Positions 25,892 through 35,551 of a stretch of DNA of 45,725 nt are shown here, in pieces. The position numbers were made by a program, and so were the translations under genes. The notes beneath the pieces are model-generated. The model saw nothing but the letters and a program-made list of their open reading frames with translations, had not been told where the DNA came from and did not search any database. Location of the stretch: IMG/VR virus record IMGVR_UViG_3300032257_000026, positions 1 to 45,725 of that record; one strand, given 5' to 3'. The stretch's first letter is position 1. Every line of letters begins with the position of its first letter. Source of the stretch: a virus (taxonomy: Duplodnaviria > Caudoviricetes).

Positions 25892-26297
25892 AGCGCACCC
25901 GGTCACCTTCGACGATCTTGTCCTCATCCTGCTTGCAAGGGCACTCCGGCTGCGTTGACGCGCCGACCTTCAGCCAGAGATGACGAGCGCTGCCCTCGCC
26001 GTGGTTGTCCTCTTCGGCGCCGCCCATGCCGAAGCCGGCGCGAACGCGCTCGAGCTCTTCATCGGAGCAGACCTCGTTGACCCTGCTGCCGACCACCATC
26101 CCAGGGACACGCCGAACGCACGAGATGTGGAAATGCGGCGATAGCGGACCGGCAGCACCGACATCGGGAACGACCTCGACAGCCGAGATCACCTGCAGCC
26201 CGAGATCCTCGTGGCGGTAAACGCCATGAGATACGCTGGCGAGCGCCGGCAGATAGCCCGCGAGCTTCCAACTTTTATCGACCGGCCTCTTATGCAT
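25884..26297 (-). CDS. Hypothetical protein
   Basis: AGGAG SD; HFHISC, EEDNH...RHLW, CPC motifs. Confidence 0.7.
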   Translation of the reverse strand: MHKRPVDKSWKLAGYLPALASVSHGVYRHEDLGLQVISAVEVVPDVGAAGPLSPHFHISCVRRVPGMVVGSRVNEVCSDEELERVRAGFGMGGAEEDNHGEGSARHLWLKVGASTQPECPCKQDEDKIVEGDRVRYE

Positions 26298-26309
26298 ATT
26301 TTCGGGCTC

Positions 26310-27875
26310 CTATTCCGCGTCAGCGGGAGAAAAATGCTGCAGGAAATATCGAGTGTTCTTACCTTGGCGCAGCTTGCGAATGGTGCCGTCGACGTAAAGC
26401 GCCTTGAGATGCCGCGAGGTTACGCGGCCGCAATCGGAGACACCTTCCGCCTGTACAGCGCGGATCAACTCCTGGCGAAGTACGCCGATCATCCCGGAGG
26501 TCTCGAGCTCGCGCAGGATTGCGCCGCCGGCATCGTCCGCGCGACCGGTTGAGATCAGACGAACGCCTGTGCGATCGAGCACATCGTCGATCTCCATTTT
26601 GAGCGGAGGCGCCGACGCACCCCAGCGGCACTTGCCTTGCCGAAGGATCAGCGAGCCGCCATCCTTGTCCTCTTCGAGGCCCCACAGTTCATCGAGCCAG
26701 CCGCGCATGTCGCCGGCGCCACGAATGCGATCGAGCCAATCGCTCTTCGACTTCTGGTCGCCGCCGACTTTCCGGAGATGGTGCAGCATCACGAGCCCCG
26801 CACCGTTCTCGCTGGCGACCTGGCGAAGCGGCCGCAGGCGCCGCATGAAGAACTCCGACATCGCAGCGTTGTCGTTCTCGTTGCGCTGATGGAACCGGAC
26901 CAGCGAGTCGAACATGATCCAGTCCGGACGGAAGGCTTTGATCTCCGCGCCGATACGCCGCCAAGCGTTCTCGTCATCGAGGTTCAATCCGTTCTCGACC
27001 AGGTAGCGCACGGGCAGTTGGCCGAGCTCGGCCGCGTCCATTTCGCGACCACGCGCCAGGCGTTGCACGCGATAGCGAACCAGGCGCTCGTTGTTCTCTT
27101 CGTCGATGAGCAGCACGCGCTGCGGCCGCCACACCTTCTCCTCCTGCAGCTCCGCGATCGGCCGCCCCGATTCGGGATCAACGACATTGATGTGGTCGAG
27201 CCACTTCGAACGACCGGAGGCGAGACAGAAGGCGAGATCCAGGAGCACCCAGCTCTTACCGACGCCGGGCTCGCCGGCGATCATGCAGACATCACCCTCG
27301 GCGAGCCACGACGGGAACACCCACGGAATCGTCTCCGGTTCGGCTTCCGCGACCGCCTGCAGGTCGATCGTGTGCAGATCCGCGCTTACGCCGTTGAGCG
27401 AGTAGAGCGCGGACAGGTTGTCGCCGGCTTTCGCCAGCAGGTCCTCGAGGACTTCACGACGATCGCCATCACCAGACTCGAACGGATCCAGGAGCAGCGC
27501 CTGCTGCAGCGCCGACGAGTAGCGTCGACGCACGCGCAGCTTCTGGAGCTTCTCCAGCTGGTGCTCGAGCAGGATGGGATCCTCGATCGCCGGCGAATCG
27601 AGCGCCCACACTTGCAGATCATCGACGGAGATCTCCAGCTCGGCCGTTCGATCGGGACCGAGCTCCGCATGGATAACCGCCGGCGACATCTCGCGGCCGT
27701 AGGCGTACAGCACCGCAATCGTTCGATACACGGACCTTGAAAGCGGCGAGCTAAAGTCGGCCGTTTCAAGTTTCTCCGCCACCCGCGATGCTGCAGCGCC
27801 GCCATTCAAAGCAGCGCCGAGCACCGCGCGTTCCGCCGCCGGGTCGCGTAGTTTGTCGGGATCGATAGGCGGCAT
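26310..27875 (-). CDS. Replicative SF4 helicase: DnaB N-terminal domain plus RepA/AAA_25 ATPase
   Basis: AERAVLGAAL..L...DF (DnaB-N); Walker A GEPGVGKS, LLIDEEN, IMFDSL, MLHHLRK, RGAGD. Confidence 0.88.
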   Translation of the reverse strand: MPPIDPDKLRDPAAERAVLGAALNGGAAASRVAEKLETADFSSPLSRSVYRTIAVLYAYGREMSPAVIHAELGPDRTAELEISVDDLQVWALDSPAIEDPILLEHQLEKLQKLRVRRRYSSALQQALLLDPFESGDGDRREVLEDLLAKAGDNLSALYSLNGVSADLHTIDLQAVAEAEPETIPWVFPSWLAEGDVCMIAGEPGVGKSWVLLDLAFCLASGRSKWLDHINVVDPESGRPIAELQEEKVWRPQRVLLIDEENNERLVRYRVQRLARGREMDAAELGQLPVRYLVENGLNLDDENAWRRIGAEIKAFRPDWIMFDSLVRFHQRNENDNAAMSEFFMRRLRPLRQVASENGAGLVMLHHLRKVGGDQKSKSDWLDRIRGAGDMRGWLDELWGLEEDKDGGSLILRQGKCRWGASAPPLKMEIDDVLDRTGVRLISTGRADDAGGAILRELETSGMIGVLRQELIRAVQAEGVSDCGRVTSRHLKALYVDGTIRKLRQGKNTRYFLQHFSPADAE

Positions 27876-28303
27876 CAGTATCTCCAGAGCTCGATCAGGG
27901 TAGAAGGATTGTCGCCGTACACCTTGGTCGCACGGAGATCCACGATGCGCGCATCGTCCTTAAATACGCGCCCCTTCTCCAGACCGTCGAGCACGCCTTT
28001 GAGGTAGTTGTCGAGATCGGGACGCCGAGCCGGCACGGACCAAGTCGGCTTCTTGATCCGGGGCAGTGTGAACTTCACGCGGAGCACGAGCGGCTCGTCG
28101 ACATCGAGAGGAACGCCAGCCTTACGCATCGCACGATTAGCCATCAAGGCAATGTGCTGCTCGTAGGCGCGCGTTTCCGGAGCGGTAAAACCACGGACCG
28201 CTCCGACCGGTTGTTTGCAGAGGCGGCAGCGACGCCCGGTGCGTTGCATCCGAGCGCGCTGCCACGCCTGCGGCTTCCCGTCGACCTGGAAACGAACCGT
28301 CAC
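27875..28303 (-). CDS. rusA: RusA family Holliday junction resolvase
   Basis: G.PQAWQRAR, RPDLDNYLKGVLDGL, FKDDARIV, KVYG. Confidence 0.93.
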   Translation of the reverse strand: MTVRFQVDGKPQAWQRARMQRTGRRCRLCKQPVGAVRGFTAPETRAYEQHIALMANRAMRKAGVPLDVDEPLVLRVKFTLPRIKKPTWSVPARRPDLDNYLKGVLDGLEKGRVFKDDARIVDLRATKVYGDNPSTLIELWRY

Positions 28304-28773
28304 GCCGGCGGCTCGTCGTTGGTATCGCCTTCTTCCGCAGCGAGCGGATCCGGCAGCGGCGCCTCCGTAATAACCGGAGCCTCGTCCTCATCGCCGAGAG
28401 GCTCGTCCGCGTTGTTCGTAAGCGGATCGACGAGCTCGAGCTCCGACTGCCGGTCCGACGTATCGAGCGCCTCGCGGCTGCCCGGGATCTCTTCGCCGGT
28501 ATCGAGCCGACGCACGAACTTCGCGTTCTCCTCGAGCGCGACGACGGTCTCGCAATCGACCATATCCTCGCGCTCGCCCTTCCGGAGCCACCGCCGGATC
28601 TTCGCGACTTCGGCGAGCTGCTCGTCGACGATATCCTTGCACCGCTTCGCGGCCTCTTGCTTCGCCGCCTCGGCCTGGTCTTTCGTATCCAGCGCTTCGG
28701 CCATCTTGCTCGCCAACTCGACGCGGTCCTTATCCGCGAGCTCGATCGGCAGCATCCTTTGAAACTTACTCAT
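28300..28773 (-). CDS. Phage hypothetical protein (coiled coil, acidic tail)
   Basis: LPIEL...GEREDMVDC...RLDTGE; GGAGG SD. Confidence 0.7.
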   Translation of the reverse strand: MSKFQRMLPIELADKDRVELASKMAEALDTKDQAEAAKQEAAKRCKDIVDEQLAEVAKIRRWLRKGEREDMVDCETVVALEENAKFVRRLDTGEEIPGSREALDTSDRQSELELVDPLTNNADEPLGDEDEAPVITEAPLPDPLAAEEGDTNDEPPA

Positions 28774-31700
28774 TCCCGGAACCTCCTAGCACGCACCCTT
28801 CCTCCAGCCGGACCTGCACATCCGCGGCCTCGTAGATGGCTGGCATGTGGGCGACAAAAATGACGTTGTGAAACCCGCCGACGTCGATCGCGCGACGGAG
28901 CATCGAAATGAACTGCGAACCGCGCGCGGCCGAGATCGGGCCCGACGTTTCATCGAACCAGAGTGTGCGCCAGCGGACGCCGGAGCGTTCCGCATTGAGG
29001 ATGGACAGCGCGAGCCGCATCGCGACATCGACGATCGCCTTCTCGCCACCGGAGAGATCGTCGACCAGGCGGACCTCGTCTTCATCGTAGACGCGGATCG
29101 AAAAGTCCTCCGACATTTCACCCTTGCCGCCCTTCTTCTCCTTGAGCGTTTGAATCTCGATCGAGAACCGACCATGCGACCACGCCGCCAGCAGATCGTT
29201 CGTCTTGGCGGAGACCTCCGGACCGGCCGCGTCGATCAGTAGCGCCTGGGCCCCGTTGGGACCGAGCCCCTTAGCGACGCGGGACCAGTCGAGCACCCGA
29301 AGGTTTGCGGCATCGAGTATCGACGTCGCCTCCTTGAGCTCGGCATCGCAGCGTTCGAACGACACGAGCCGCTCCTCCTGCTTGGCGAGATCCCCGAGCG
29401 CGCTGTCGAGCGCTTCACGCGCCTCGCGTTCGTTTGCCATAGCTACCTCGCCCTCGCGCTCGAGCGCGACAGGATCGGCACCAGCGGCCGCCTCAAGCGC
29501 CGCGCCGAGAGCATCCTGCGCCTCCTTGAGCTTCTCGGTGGCGGACGCCAGGACCCTACGCTTCTCGCCAGCGAGATCCTCGGCAGCGTCGATCGAGCGA
29601 CGGGCAGCAGCAGCTTCATCCGACCGAGCGCGATCGCGATCCTCTACGGCCTTCGCGATTTGCTCGAGCTCCTCGGCCAGCTCCCGCTTGAGGCGCGCCT
29701 CGGCTTCGGCTTTGCGAGCGTCCTCGGCACGGGCCACCTTGAGCATCGGAGCCCGACCGGCGAGCTCGCGAGCATCAGCCAGCTCAACCTCGGCCGCCGC
29801 CCGATCCTCCGGCGAGTAGTTGGGGAGGATCTCCGCATCCTTGCGGGCGTTCAATTCAGCGATCCGGGCCTGGTCCTCGTTGATCGATAGCGCCGCCTTG
29901 CGAGCATCGGCCAGCAGGGGGCATGTGCCCGCGAGATCGATCGAAGCATCGGCGCCATCGACCCACGAAGCGGAGGCGGAGCAGGGCACCTCGCCGACGA
30001 GCGCGGCGCGCTTCTCGGCCGACGCCACGGCCGCCTCGAGGTTCCCGATTTCGTTCTCGACCTTCGCGAGATCCTCGGCGTGGCCCCGGAGGATCTGCAA
30101 CCGCTCATCGATCGAATCGAGCTCGGAGACCGCATTCTCAATCCGATCGGCATCGAGCAGCGCGTCCTCGATTTCGGGAGAGGTCTTCAGCGCGCGCTCG
30201 ACGGCCCCTGCGTTGCGATCGCGAGCAGACGACTCAAGGGCCGCCCGGTCCATCGCGGGGGCCATAGCGAGGCGCCTGGCGGCCTCATCCTGGGCGTTCT
30301 TCGCCGCATCGTCCGCGCGCTTCGAGTCGGCAGCCGCGGCATCGAACGCCGAGCTGGCCGATCCGTGGGCTTCCCGAACGGAATCGAGCCGGCCCCGAGC
30401 GTCGGCCGTATCCGCGACCTTCTTCTCCCATTCGACACGAGCGGCCGTAGATCTCTCCAGGGAGGACGTTGCGCGATCGCGCCCCCCCTTGGCGGCCGCG
30501 TGTGCAGCTGGCGCATCTTCGAGCTCGGCCGCGCGATCTCTAATTGCGGAAAGCTTACCGCTGGCCGCCTCCGCCGCCTTGTCCCCCATCCGGACGCGCT
30601 CGAGCGCCACCGTGGCCAGCGCATCGAGATGGGCGAGCCCGAGCAGCTCGATGAACAGCGCCTTACGTTGGCGCCGCGGGACCGACAGCAGCGACCCGCT
30701 GCCAGACTGAGCGGCGAACGGGCCCGCCAGCATTAGATCCTTCGAGCCGAACAGCCGGTCAACTTCGGCATAGAACGGCGCCGACTTGCCGCTAACAACC
30801 GGCTCGCCGTCCTTCGTAAGATGCCATTCGGACGCCCGCGACTTGGCGTCGATGAGGCGGCGAGCCACATAGCGATGGTCGCCGGCGATCAGCTCGGCCT
30901 CGATCGCGGCATCCCGAGAGCCGCGCGCGAAATCGTAGAGCGTAGAGCCAGCAGACCGCGACGGCATGACGTTGTGTAGGCACGCCAGAGTCGATTCCAG
31001 CATGGCCGTCTTGCCGCCGCCGTTATCCGCGACGATCGCGACCAGGCCCTCACCAAGCGCCTCGTAGTCGATCTCGGCATCCGAGAAATCAAACAGGTTC
31101 TTTACCCGCGTCCGACAGAGCCGGATGTCGCCGTCGCCCTTCGCCGCGACCGTATCGGCCGCCTGGTCGATCTCGGCGACCAGCGCCTCGAGGCGAGCGA
31201 GCTCGGCCGGATCCATCGCATCCGGATCCGCCTCGACCGAGCGCAGCCAGACCAAGAGCTGGTCCCACGTTGACGACGCCTTGGAGATCTCGCCCGAGCG
31301 GACTCGCTGCGTTCGAACCGTAACCGGATCGAGCTTGACCTCCTCGGCGCCGGAGTTGAGCAGCAGCGCGGCGATCGCACCTTTGCTGACCAGCCCCGCA
31401 TGCTCCTCGGCGATCGTATAGCGGACGCGGACGCGCGCCAGATCGTGGGCATCGATGCCGCGGACCAGCTCGGCCATATCGCCAGCCGTAAGCAGCGCGA
31501 TCGCTTCCGGCGTTGTCCAATCGAGCTCGGCGAGCACGAGCCGACGCGCCGGCAGCGTAACGAACTCCGGCGGCAGCAGGTCCCCACCCGCGAACGCCTC
31601 CGCGTTTGGACGGACGGTGAGCAGGCGCCAGCCCTTCTCCTCCGGTTCGCCGTAGTTGTGTCGATCGGGCGAGCCGGAGTAGCCCTGGGCCCCATCGTTC

Positions 31701-32371
31701 CACTCCTGATGTTTATGAATATGCCCGAGCGACCAGAACACGCAGCGCATGCGATCGAGATCCGCCGGCGACAGCTCGACAGATTGACCGAGCAGCGTCT
31801 GCCCGGTTGAGACCTGCGACCCGCCGATCAGGGGATGCCCGACGCCGACGCGGACAGCACCGGGAACCGACTCGTGGGCATCCAGAACCGAGAGCATCTG
31901 GCGAGCCGCCGCGATCGTTGCCTCGTTCGAGAATTCGATCGACGCATCCTGTAGCCCCGCGACGATTCCGGCCTTGTCGAACCACGGAAGGCAGCAGACA
32001 TCGACCAGGCGCCGCGCGCCGGCAACTTCGAGATCCAGCTCGACCCAGCGAGCGCGATCGACGACGTGGAGAGGGTGAACCGTCTGCAGCTTGCGATAGA
32101 TATCGAGATCGCCGAGAGGATCGTGGTTGCCGCGAACCAGTACGACTGGGAAGTGCGACGTTGCGCGTTGCAGGAAATCGGCCACGGCGTTACGGACCGC
32201 CGGGCTTGAGAGCTTGTGGTGGATATCGCCGGCATGGAGCAGGACGTTCACGCCGCGCTCCGCCATCGCATCCAGCATCGAATGGTGCACGCGGACGTTT
32301 GAATCGAGATCCCCGTGCTCGTCGAAATGAGAGTCGCCAGTGCAGCCGAACAGGAGGTCGCCGTTAGCCAT
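28766..32371 (-). CDS. SbcD-SbcC (Mre11-Rad50) fusion nuclease/ATPase
   Basis: Phosphoesterase GDSH, AGDIHH, RGNHD, GH, LGHIH; Walker A ADNGGGKT, Q-loop, long coiled coil, LSGGE, WFDE, VAH, all in one 1201 aa frame. Confidence 0.92.
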   Translation of the reverse strand: MANGDLLFGCTGDSHFDEHGDLDSNVRVHHSMLDAMAERGVNVLLHAGDIHHKLSSPAVRNAVADFLQRATSHFPVVLVRGNHDPLGDLDIYRKLQTVHPLHVVDRARWVELDLEVAGARRLVDVCCLPWFDKAGIVAGLQDASIEFSNEATIAAARQMLSVLDAHESVPGAVRVGVGHPLIGGSQVSTGQTLLGQSVELSPADLDRMRCVFWSLGHIHKHQEWNDGAQGYSGSPDRHNYGEPEEKGWRLLTVRPNAEAFAGGDLLPPEFVTLPARRLVLAELDWTTPEAIALLTAGDMAELVRGIDAHDLARVRVRYTIAEEHAGLVSKGAIAALLLNSGAEEVKLDPVTVRTQRVRSGEISKASSTWDQLLVWLRSVEADPDAMDPAELARLEALVAEIDQAADTVAAKGDGDIRLCRTRVKNLFDFSDAEIDYEALGEGLVAIVADNGGGKTAMLESTLACLHNVMPSRSAGSTLYDFARGSRDAAIEAELIAGDHRYVARRLIDAKSRASEWHLTKDGEPVVSGKSAPFYAEVDRLFGSKDLMLAGPFAAQSGSGSLLSVPRRQRKALFIELLGLAHLDALATVALERVRMGDKAAEAASGKLSAIRDRAAELEDAPAAHAAAKGGRDRATSSLERSTAARVEWEKKVADTADARGRLDSVREAHGSASSAFDAAAADSKRADDAAKNAQDEAARRLAMAPAMDRAALESSARDRNAGAVERALKTSPEIEDALLDADRIENAVSELDSIDERLQILRGHAEDLAKVENEIGNLEAAVASAEKRAALVGEVPCSASASWVDGADASIDLAGTCPLLADARKAALSINEDQARIAELNARKDAEILPNYSPEDRAAAEVELADARELAGRAPMLKVARAEDARKAEAEARLKRELAEELEQIAKAVEDRDRARSDEAAAARRSIDAAEDLAGEKRRVLASATEKLKEAQDALGAALEAAAGADPVALEREGEVAMANEREAREALDSALGDLAKQEERLVSFERCDAELKEATSILDAANLRVLDWSRVAKGLGPNGAQALLIDAAGPEVSAKTNDLLAAWSHGRFSIEIQTLKEKKGGKGEMSEDFSIRVYDEDEVRLVDDLSGGEKAIVDVAMRLALSILNAERSGVRWRTLWFDETSGPISAARGSQFISMLRRAIDVGGFHNVIFVAHMPAIYEAADVQVRLEEGCVLGGSGNE

Positions 32372-33767
32372 TGCTCGCCTCCCGATCGCGGTTCCACTTC
32401 GCGACTTGAGCAGGCGTTGCGTTGGGATAGCCGGCGATTTGAAGCGACGCAGATTTGTCAGGATGCAGATCCTGGTCGAACGCCGGGCCCGGATAACAGC
32501 CCTCGCAGCGGACCACTTTGATGCGATCCTGCGAGCGCTTCTTCTGCGCCGAGCTCACCTCGTTTGAGCAGGCGTGCAGCGGGCAGGAGCAATCGCCAGA
32601 CGCCGGCGCTGGCGGCGCTGCAGGCGCGTCCTCGAGCGGCGGTGGCGGTTCGGGGCCCAACGGGCCTTGATCGTCCGCAGGCGCAGCAGCGTCGACGGGG
32701 ATGGCCTCCTGGACGACCGCGGCCGGAGCTTCGATGACGGGATCATCGCGATCGGGATCCAGCACCTTCGGAGGCTCGATGCCGAGCGGCTGCGCCACGG
32801 GCTCGACGATCGCGCGCGGGTTCGAGTCCTCGGACACCGAGGCGGAGCCGAGCTGCGGCATCGGCGCCTGGTTGCCGTACAGAGCCGTGTCGCCCCAGAC
32901 TTGCTTCTTGATCACCTCGCGTTTGACATCCGGGTCGTTCATATCGAGCGCCGGCACCAGCGAGGGAACAATGATCCCCTTCTCGAGATCGGTGACCTTC
33001 ATGACATGCGGCAGACCGAACCACTCGCGGATCGCGCGCTCGTAGGATTTGGTCTCGGCGAGCGACTCGATGTGGATCCGCTTCTCCGAGAGCGCACCCG
33101 CGGCCATCGGGATCGAGCGGCCGGTCTTCTCGAAGTTGTTCTTCGCGCAGCGGCACGGATCCGTGCCGTGGGTCTTGCAGGCCCACTCAGCCTGCATCGC
33201 TTCCGGTTCGCCATCGCGTAGATCCACGCGCTTGTGCGCGGTTAGCTGGCGCCATTGCCCATCGTAACGCTTGCCGACGATCGTTGTCGCCCAGCGCACG
33301 AAGTACGGGCTCTTGGGATCGTCCGGCTCCTTCGCCGGCCGCGAGGATAGCTTCTGGATGCCGGCCGCCGCAGCGATTCGCATCAGCGCACCCTTGGCGA
33401 GCGCGACCGTTGCGCGACGGGGATCGGTCCCGCTTGGCGACCAGCCGTCGTCGCAGAACCGGCGATCGAAATAGACATCACCGTTGCCGCCGCGCTTCTT
33501 GTCGTAGACCGTATCGATCACGACAAGCGACTTCGACACCTGCGACATCGGCGGAAGCTGGTCGACTTGAACGACCGGCGAGAGCACGATGAAATGCTTT
33601 GAGAGCTCCTCGAATTGATCCCGAAGCTGGGCCACCTCGGTCACCGGCCGACGCACGAGCTCGTCATGCTGCCGGCGCTTTGCGATCGCGGTCGACACCG
33701 CCGATCCTTGGGCTTGCGCTTCGGGACTAACCCCGCCACGCCTGCCTTGATTCCTACCGTTCGCCAT
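32364..33767 (-). CDS. Putative recombination (single-strand annealing-like) protein
   Basis: LAKGALMRIAAAAGI...AETKSYERAIR..FGL core, Pro-rich linker, Cys-rich C-terminus; directly upstream of sbcDC; GGAGGT SD. Function inferred from context. Confidence 0.5.
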   Translation of the reverse strand: MANGRNQGRRGGVSPEAQAQGSAVSTAIAKRRQHDELVRRPVTEVAQLRDQFEELSKHFIVLSPVVQVDQLPPMSQVSKSLVVIDTVYDKKRGGNGDVYFDRRFCDDGWSPSGTDPRRATVALAKGALMRIAAAAGIQKLSSRPAKEPDDPKSPYFVRWATTIVGKRYDGQWRQLTAHKRVDLRDGEPEAMQAEWACKTHGTDPCRCAKNNFEKTGRSIPMAAGALSEKRIHIESLAETKSYERAIREWFGLPHVMKVTDLEKGIIVPSLVPALDMNDPDVKREVIKKQVWGDTALYGNQAPMPQLGSASVSEDSNPRAIVEPVAQPLGIEPPKVLDPDRDDPVIEAPAAVVQEAIPVDAAAPADDQGPLGPEPPPPLEDAPAAPPAPASGDCSCPLHACSNEVSSAQKKRSQDRIKVVRCEGCYPGPAFDQDLHPDKSASLQIAGYPNATPAQVAKWNRDREASNG

Positions 33768-33795
33768 ATCGAAACACCTCCTGCGGCCGCGGCCG

Positions 33796-34005
33796 CTAGT
33801 TGATCAGAGATTGAAGGACCGCCCACCACCGCTCCACGAAGAGAGGATGGGGCTCAGCTTCGCCGTTCTCCCAGCGGGAGAAGGACGCAGCGGTGAAACC
33901 ACGGGCAGGATTTGGATTCTTCGACGCCGCCTCGAGCTCGCGGAGCGATATACCGCTCTTCTCGCGTAGGGCTTTGAGGCGCCTCGGCGTTGGATGCTTA
34001 GACAA
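33796..34005 (-). CDS. XRE/Cro-like HTH regulator
   Basis: RLKALREKSGISLRELE...SFSRWENG..EP; AGGAG SD. Confidence 0.85.
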   Translation of the reverse strand: MSKHPTPRRLKALREKSGISLRELEAASKNPNPARGFTAASFSRWENGEAEPHPLFVERWWAVLQSLIN

Positions 34006-34033
34006 GATGGCTCCTTCCCGGTCGGGGGAGCCA

Positions 34034-34064
34034 GACGTTACAGCCTGTAACAGATGGATTGCAA
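34034..34064 (-). promoter_or_regulatory. Putative early promoter with palindromic operator
   Basis: TTGCAA-N18-TAACGT overlapped by the perfect inverted repeat GTTACAG-C-CTGTAAC (34037..34051). Confidence 0.55.
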
Positions 34065-34067
34065 GTC

Positions 34068-34110
34068 AAAAAAAGAGGCCCCCCGGATCATTGGAGAAAT
34101 CCGGAGGGCC
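34068..34110 (-). terminator. Intrinsic terminator ending the late/lysis operon
   Basis: GGCCCTCCGGAT-loop-ATCCGGGGGGCC followed by TCT7 on the minus strand. Confidence 0.8.
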
Positions 34111-34180
34111 ACAGCGAACAACCTACAAGCAACCTGGCGACGGTAGCCAAGATCAGACTACACCACCGCCGGCGGAAAGA

Positions 34181-34495
34181 TCAAACACTAACAGCTTCGG
34201 CCGTATCATCGGCGCCGAGATCGGACTCATCATCCGGACCCTTGACCGCCTCAACCGCGTACTCGACGAGCAGCATGAACGTCCGGTTAGGGAGATCCAG
34301 CCCGAGCCCCTGCGCTTCCGCCTTGACCGAGCTGAACACCGCGCGCCGCTTCGTATCGTTCGTCCAGAACGACGGATCGGCGGTCGACGCCTTCTGCACG
34401 ATCCCGACCATGTTGACCGCGTGCTTCACGAGCACCGGCTTAAGACCCTGCGCGACGCGCTTGAGGATTTGTGTGGTTTTCTTCTTGCAGCCCAT
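34181..34495 (-). CDS. Lysis-region protein resembling the soluble part of LL-H-type holins
   Basis: GGAGG SD; KRRAVF..VKAEAQGLGL.L......LVEYAV pattern. Confidence 0.45.
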   Translation of the reverse strand: MGCKKKTTQILKRVAQGLKPVLVKHAVNMVGIVQKASTADPSFWTNDTKRRAVFSSVKAEAQGLGLDLPNRTFMLLVEYAVEAVKGPDDESDLGADDTAEAVSV

Positions 34496-34533
34496 CTTGG
34501 AACCTCCGTTTTGGCCGCCAGGTCGACGGCTTT

Positions 34534-34854
34534 TTATTTGCTGGGAAAAACGGCCTTTCCGGCCTTGTGCGCCATGATCGTCTCCGCCGCGGTTAGCAGG
34601 CTGACGATCGCGAGCACAAAGAACTTAGGCCAGATGGCCTCGGTAAATTCAGGCGCGACGATATCGGGGATCCTGACCGCGCCGACCAGGTAGGCGGTGA
34701 ACGACAGGATGGCCGAGTAAACGACAGCCATCGCATTTTTCTGGCCCGGGCTCTTGGCGCCGAGCGGAGCGAATTGTGTGAGAAGCCAGACGAAGCCAGC
34801 CACCACCGTGCCCTGCTTGATCAGCTCACCCCAGATCGCGTTCTCCATTTCCAT
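34534..34854 (-). CDS. Putative holin (3 TM)
   Basis: Three hydrophobic helices, basic C-terminus, GGAGGAGG SD, M-E-M dual-start-like N-terminus. Confidence 0.6.
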   Translation of the reverse strand: MEMENAIWGELIKQGTVVAGFVWLLTQFAPLGAKSPGQKNAMAVVYSAILSFTAYLVGAVRIPDIVAPEFTEAIWPKFFVLAIVSLLTAAETIMAHKAGKAVFPSK

Positions 34855-34883
34855 AGCAGCCTCCTCCAAGGGGGGGGCGAGGT

Positions 34884-35285
34884 TCAATCCCCGCCGCACC
34901 ATGAACGTTTTGTTCCGCCATCGTACAGCACCGCCAGACCGGCATCGATGAGCGCCTGTCCGTAGTCGGTACCGTCCGCGAGGATAACCCGAGCCAGCGC
35001 GCGCTTTGCGTACTTGCCCTCCTCGACCGAGCAGAGCAGGACGCGATCGCCCGGTTTTATGCGAGCCTTCGCGAACTTCGATGCCTTCGCCCCCAGCCGG
35101 CGCTCGGCGTCGCATTTCGCCCGCCAGCCCTTCTCGGGAGTATCGACACCATCGACCCGGACGGCGACCTCGACGATCATCCGAGGCCACGGACGCGCCT
35201 CGGCTTTGAACGTATCGCCATCGGTAACAGAGACCACGTCTGCAGGGACGCAGATCGCAGCGAGCGTTAGCAGCAGCGCCTTCAT
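34884..35285 (-). CDS. Thermonuclease (staphylococcal nuclease family) with signal-like N-terminus
   Basis: VTDGDTF, VRVDGVDTPE, KYAKRALA, LIDAGLA; hydrophobic MKALLLTLAAICVPA. Confidence 0.9.
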   Translation of the reverse strand: MKALLLTLAAICVPADVVSVTDGDTFKAEARPWPRMIVEVAVRVDGVDTPEKGWRAKCDAERRLGAKASKFAKARIKPGDRVLLCSVEEGKYAKRALARVILADGTDYGQALIDAGLAVLYDGGTKRSWCGGD

Positions 35286-35539
35286 GAGACACCTTCGGAC
35301 TTCGCAGCGGCGCACGCCTTGTGCTCTTCGGCCTGCAGCGCGACACCATGCACAACTTGCATGACCTCCTGCGCGAGAGCTTCGCGACCCTCCTGGCTGC
35401 CCCGTAGCTCGCCGATTTCTTTAGCTTGCGCGACTTGCTCGGTGTTCTGCTTCATCACCATTCGAAACAGCACGCCGACCGCACCGGCCAGCCCGCCGCC
35501 AGCGGCTAAAATGAGAGTGAGCGTTATCCCTTCATCCAC
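35282..35539 (-). CDS. Single-TM coiled-coil lysis-region protein
   Basis: N-terminal TM helix followed by a heptad region; GGGGAG SD. Confidence 0.6.
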   Translation of the reverse strand: MDEGITLTLILAAGGGLAGAVGVLFRMVMKQNTEQVAQAKEIGELRGSQEGREALAQEVMQVVHGVALQAEEHKACAAAKSEGVS

Positions 35540-35551
35540 GGCCGTCTCCCC

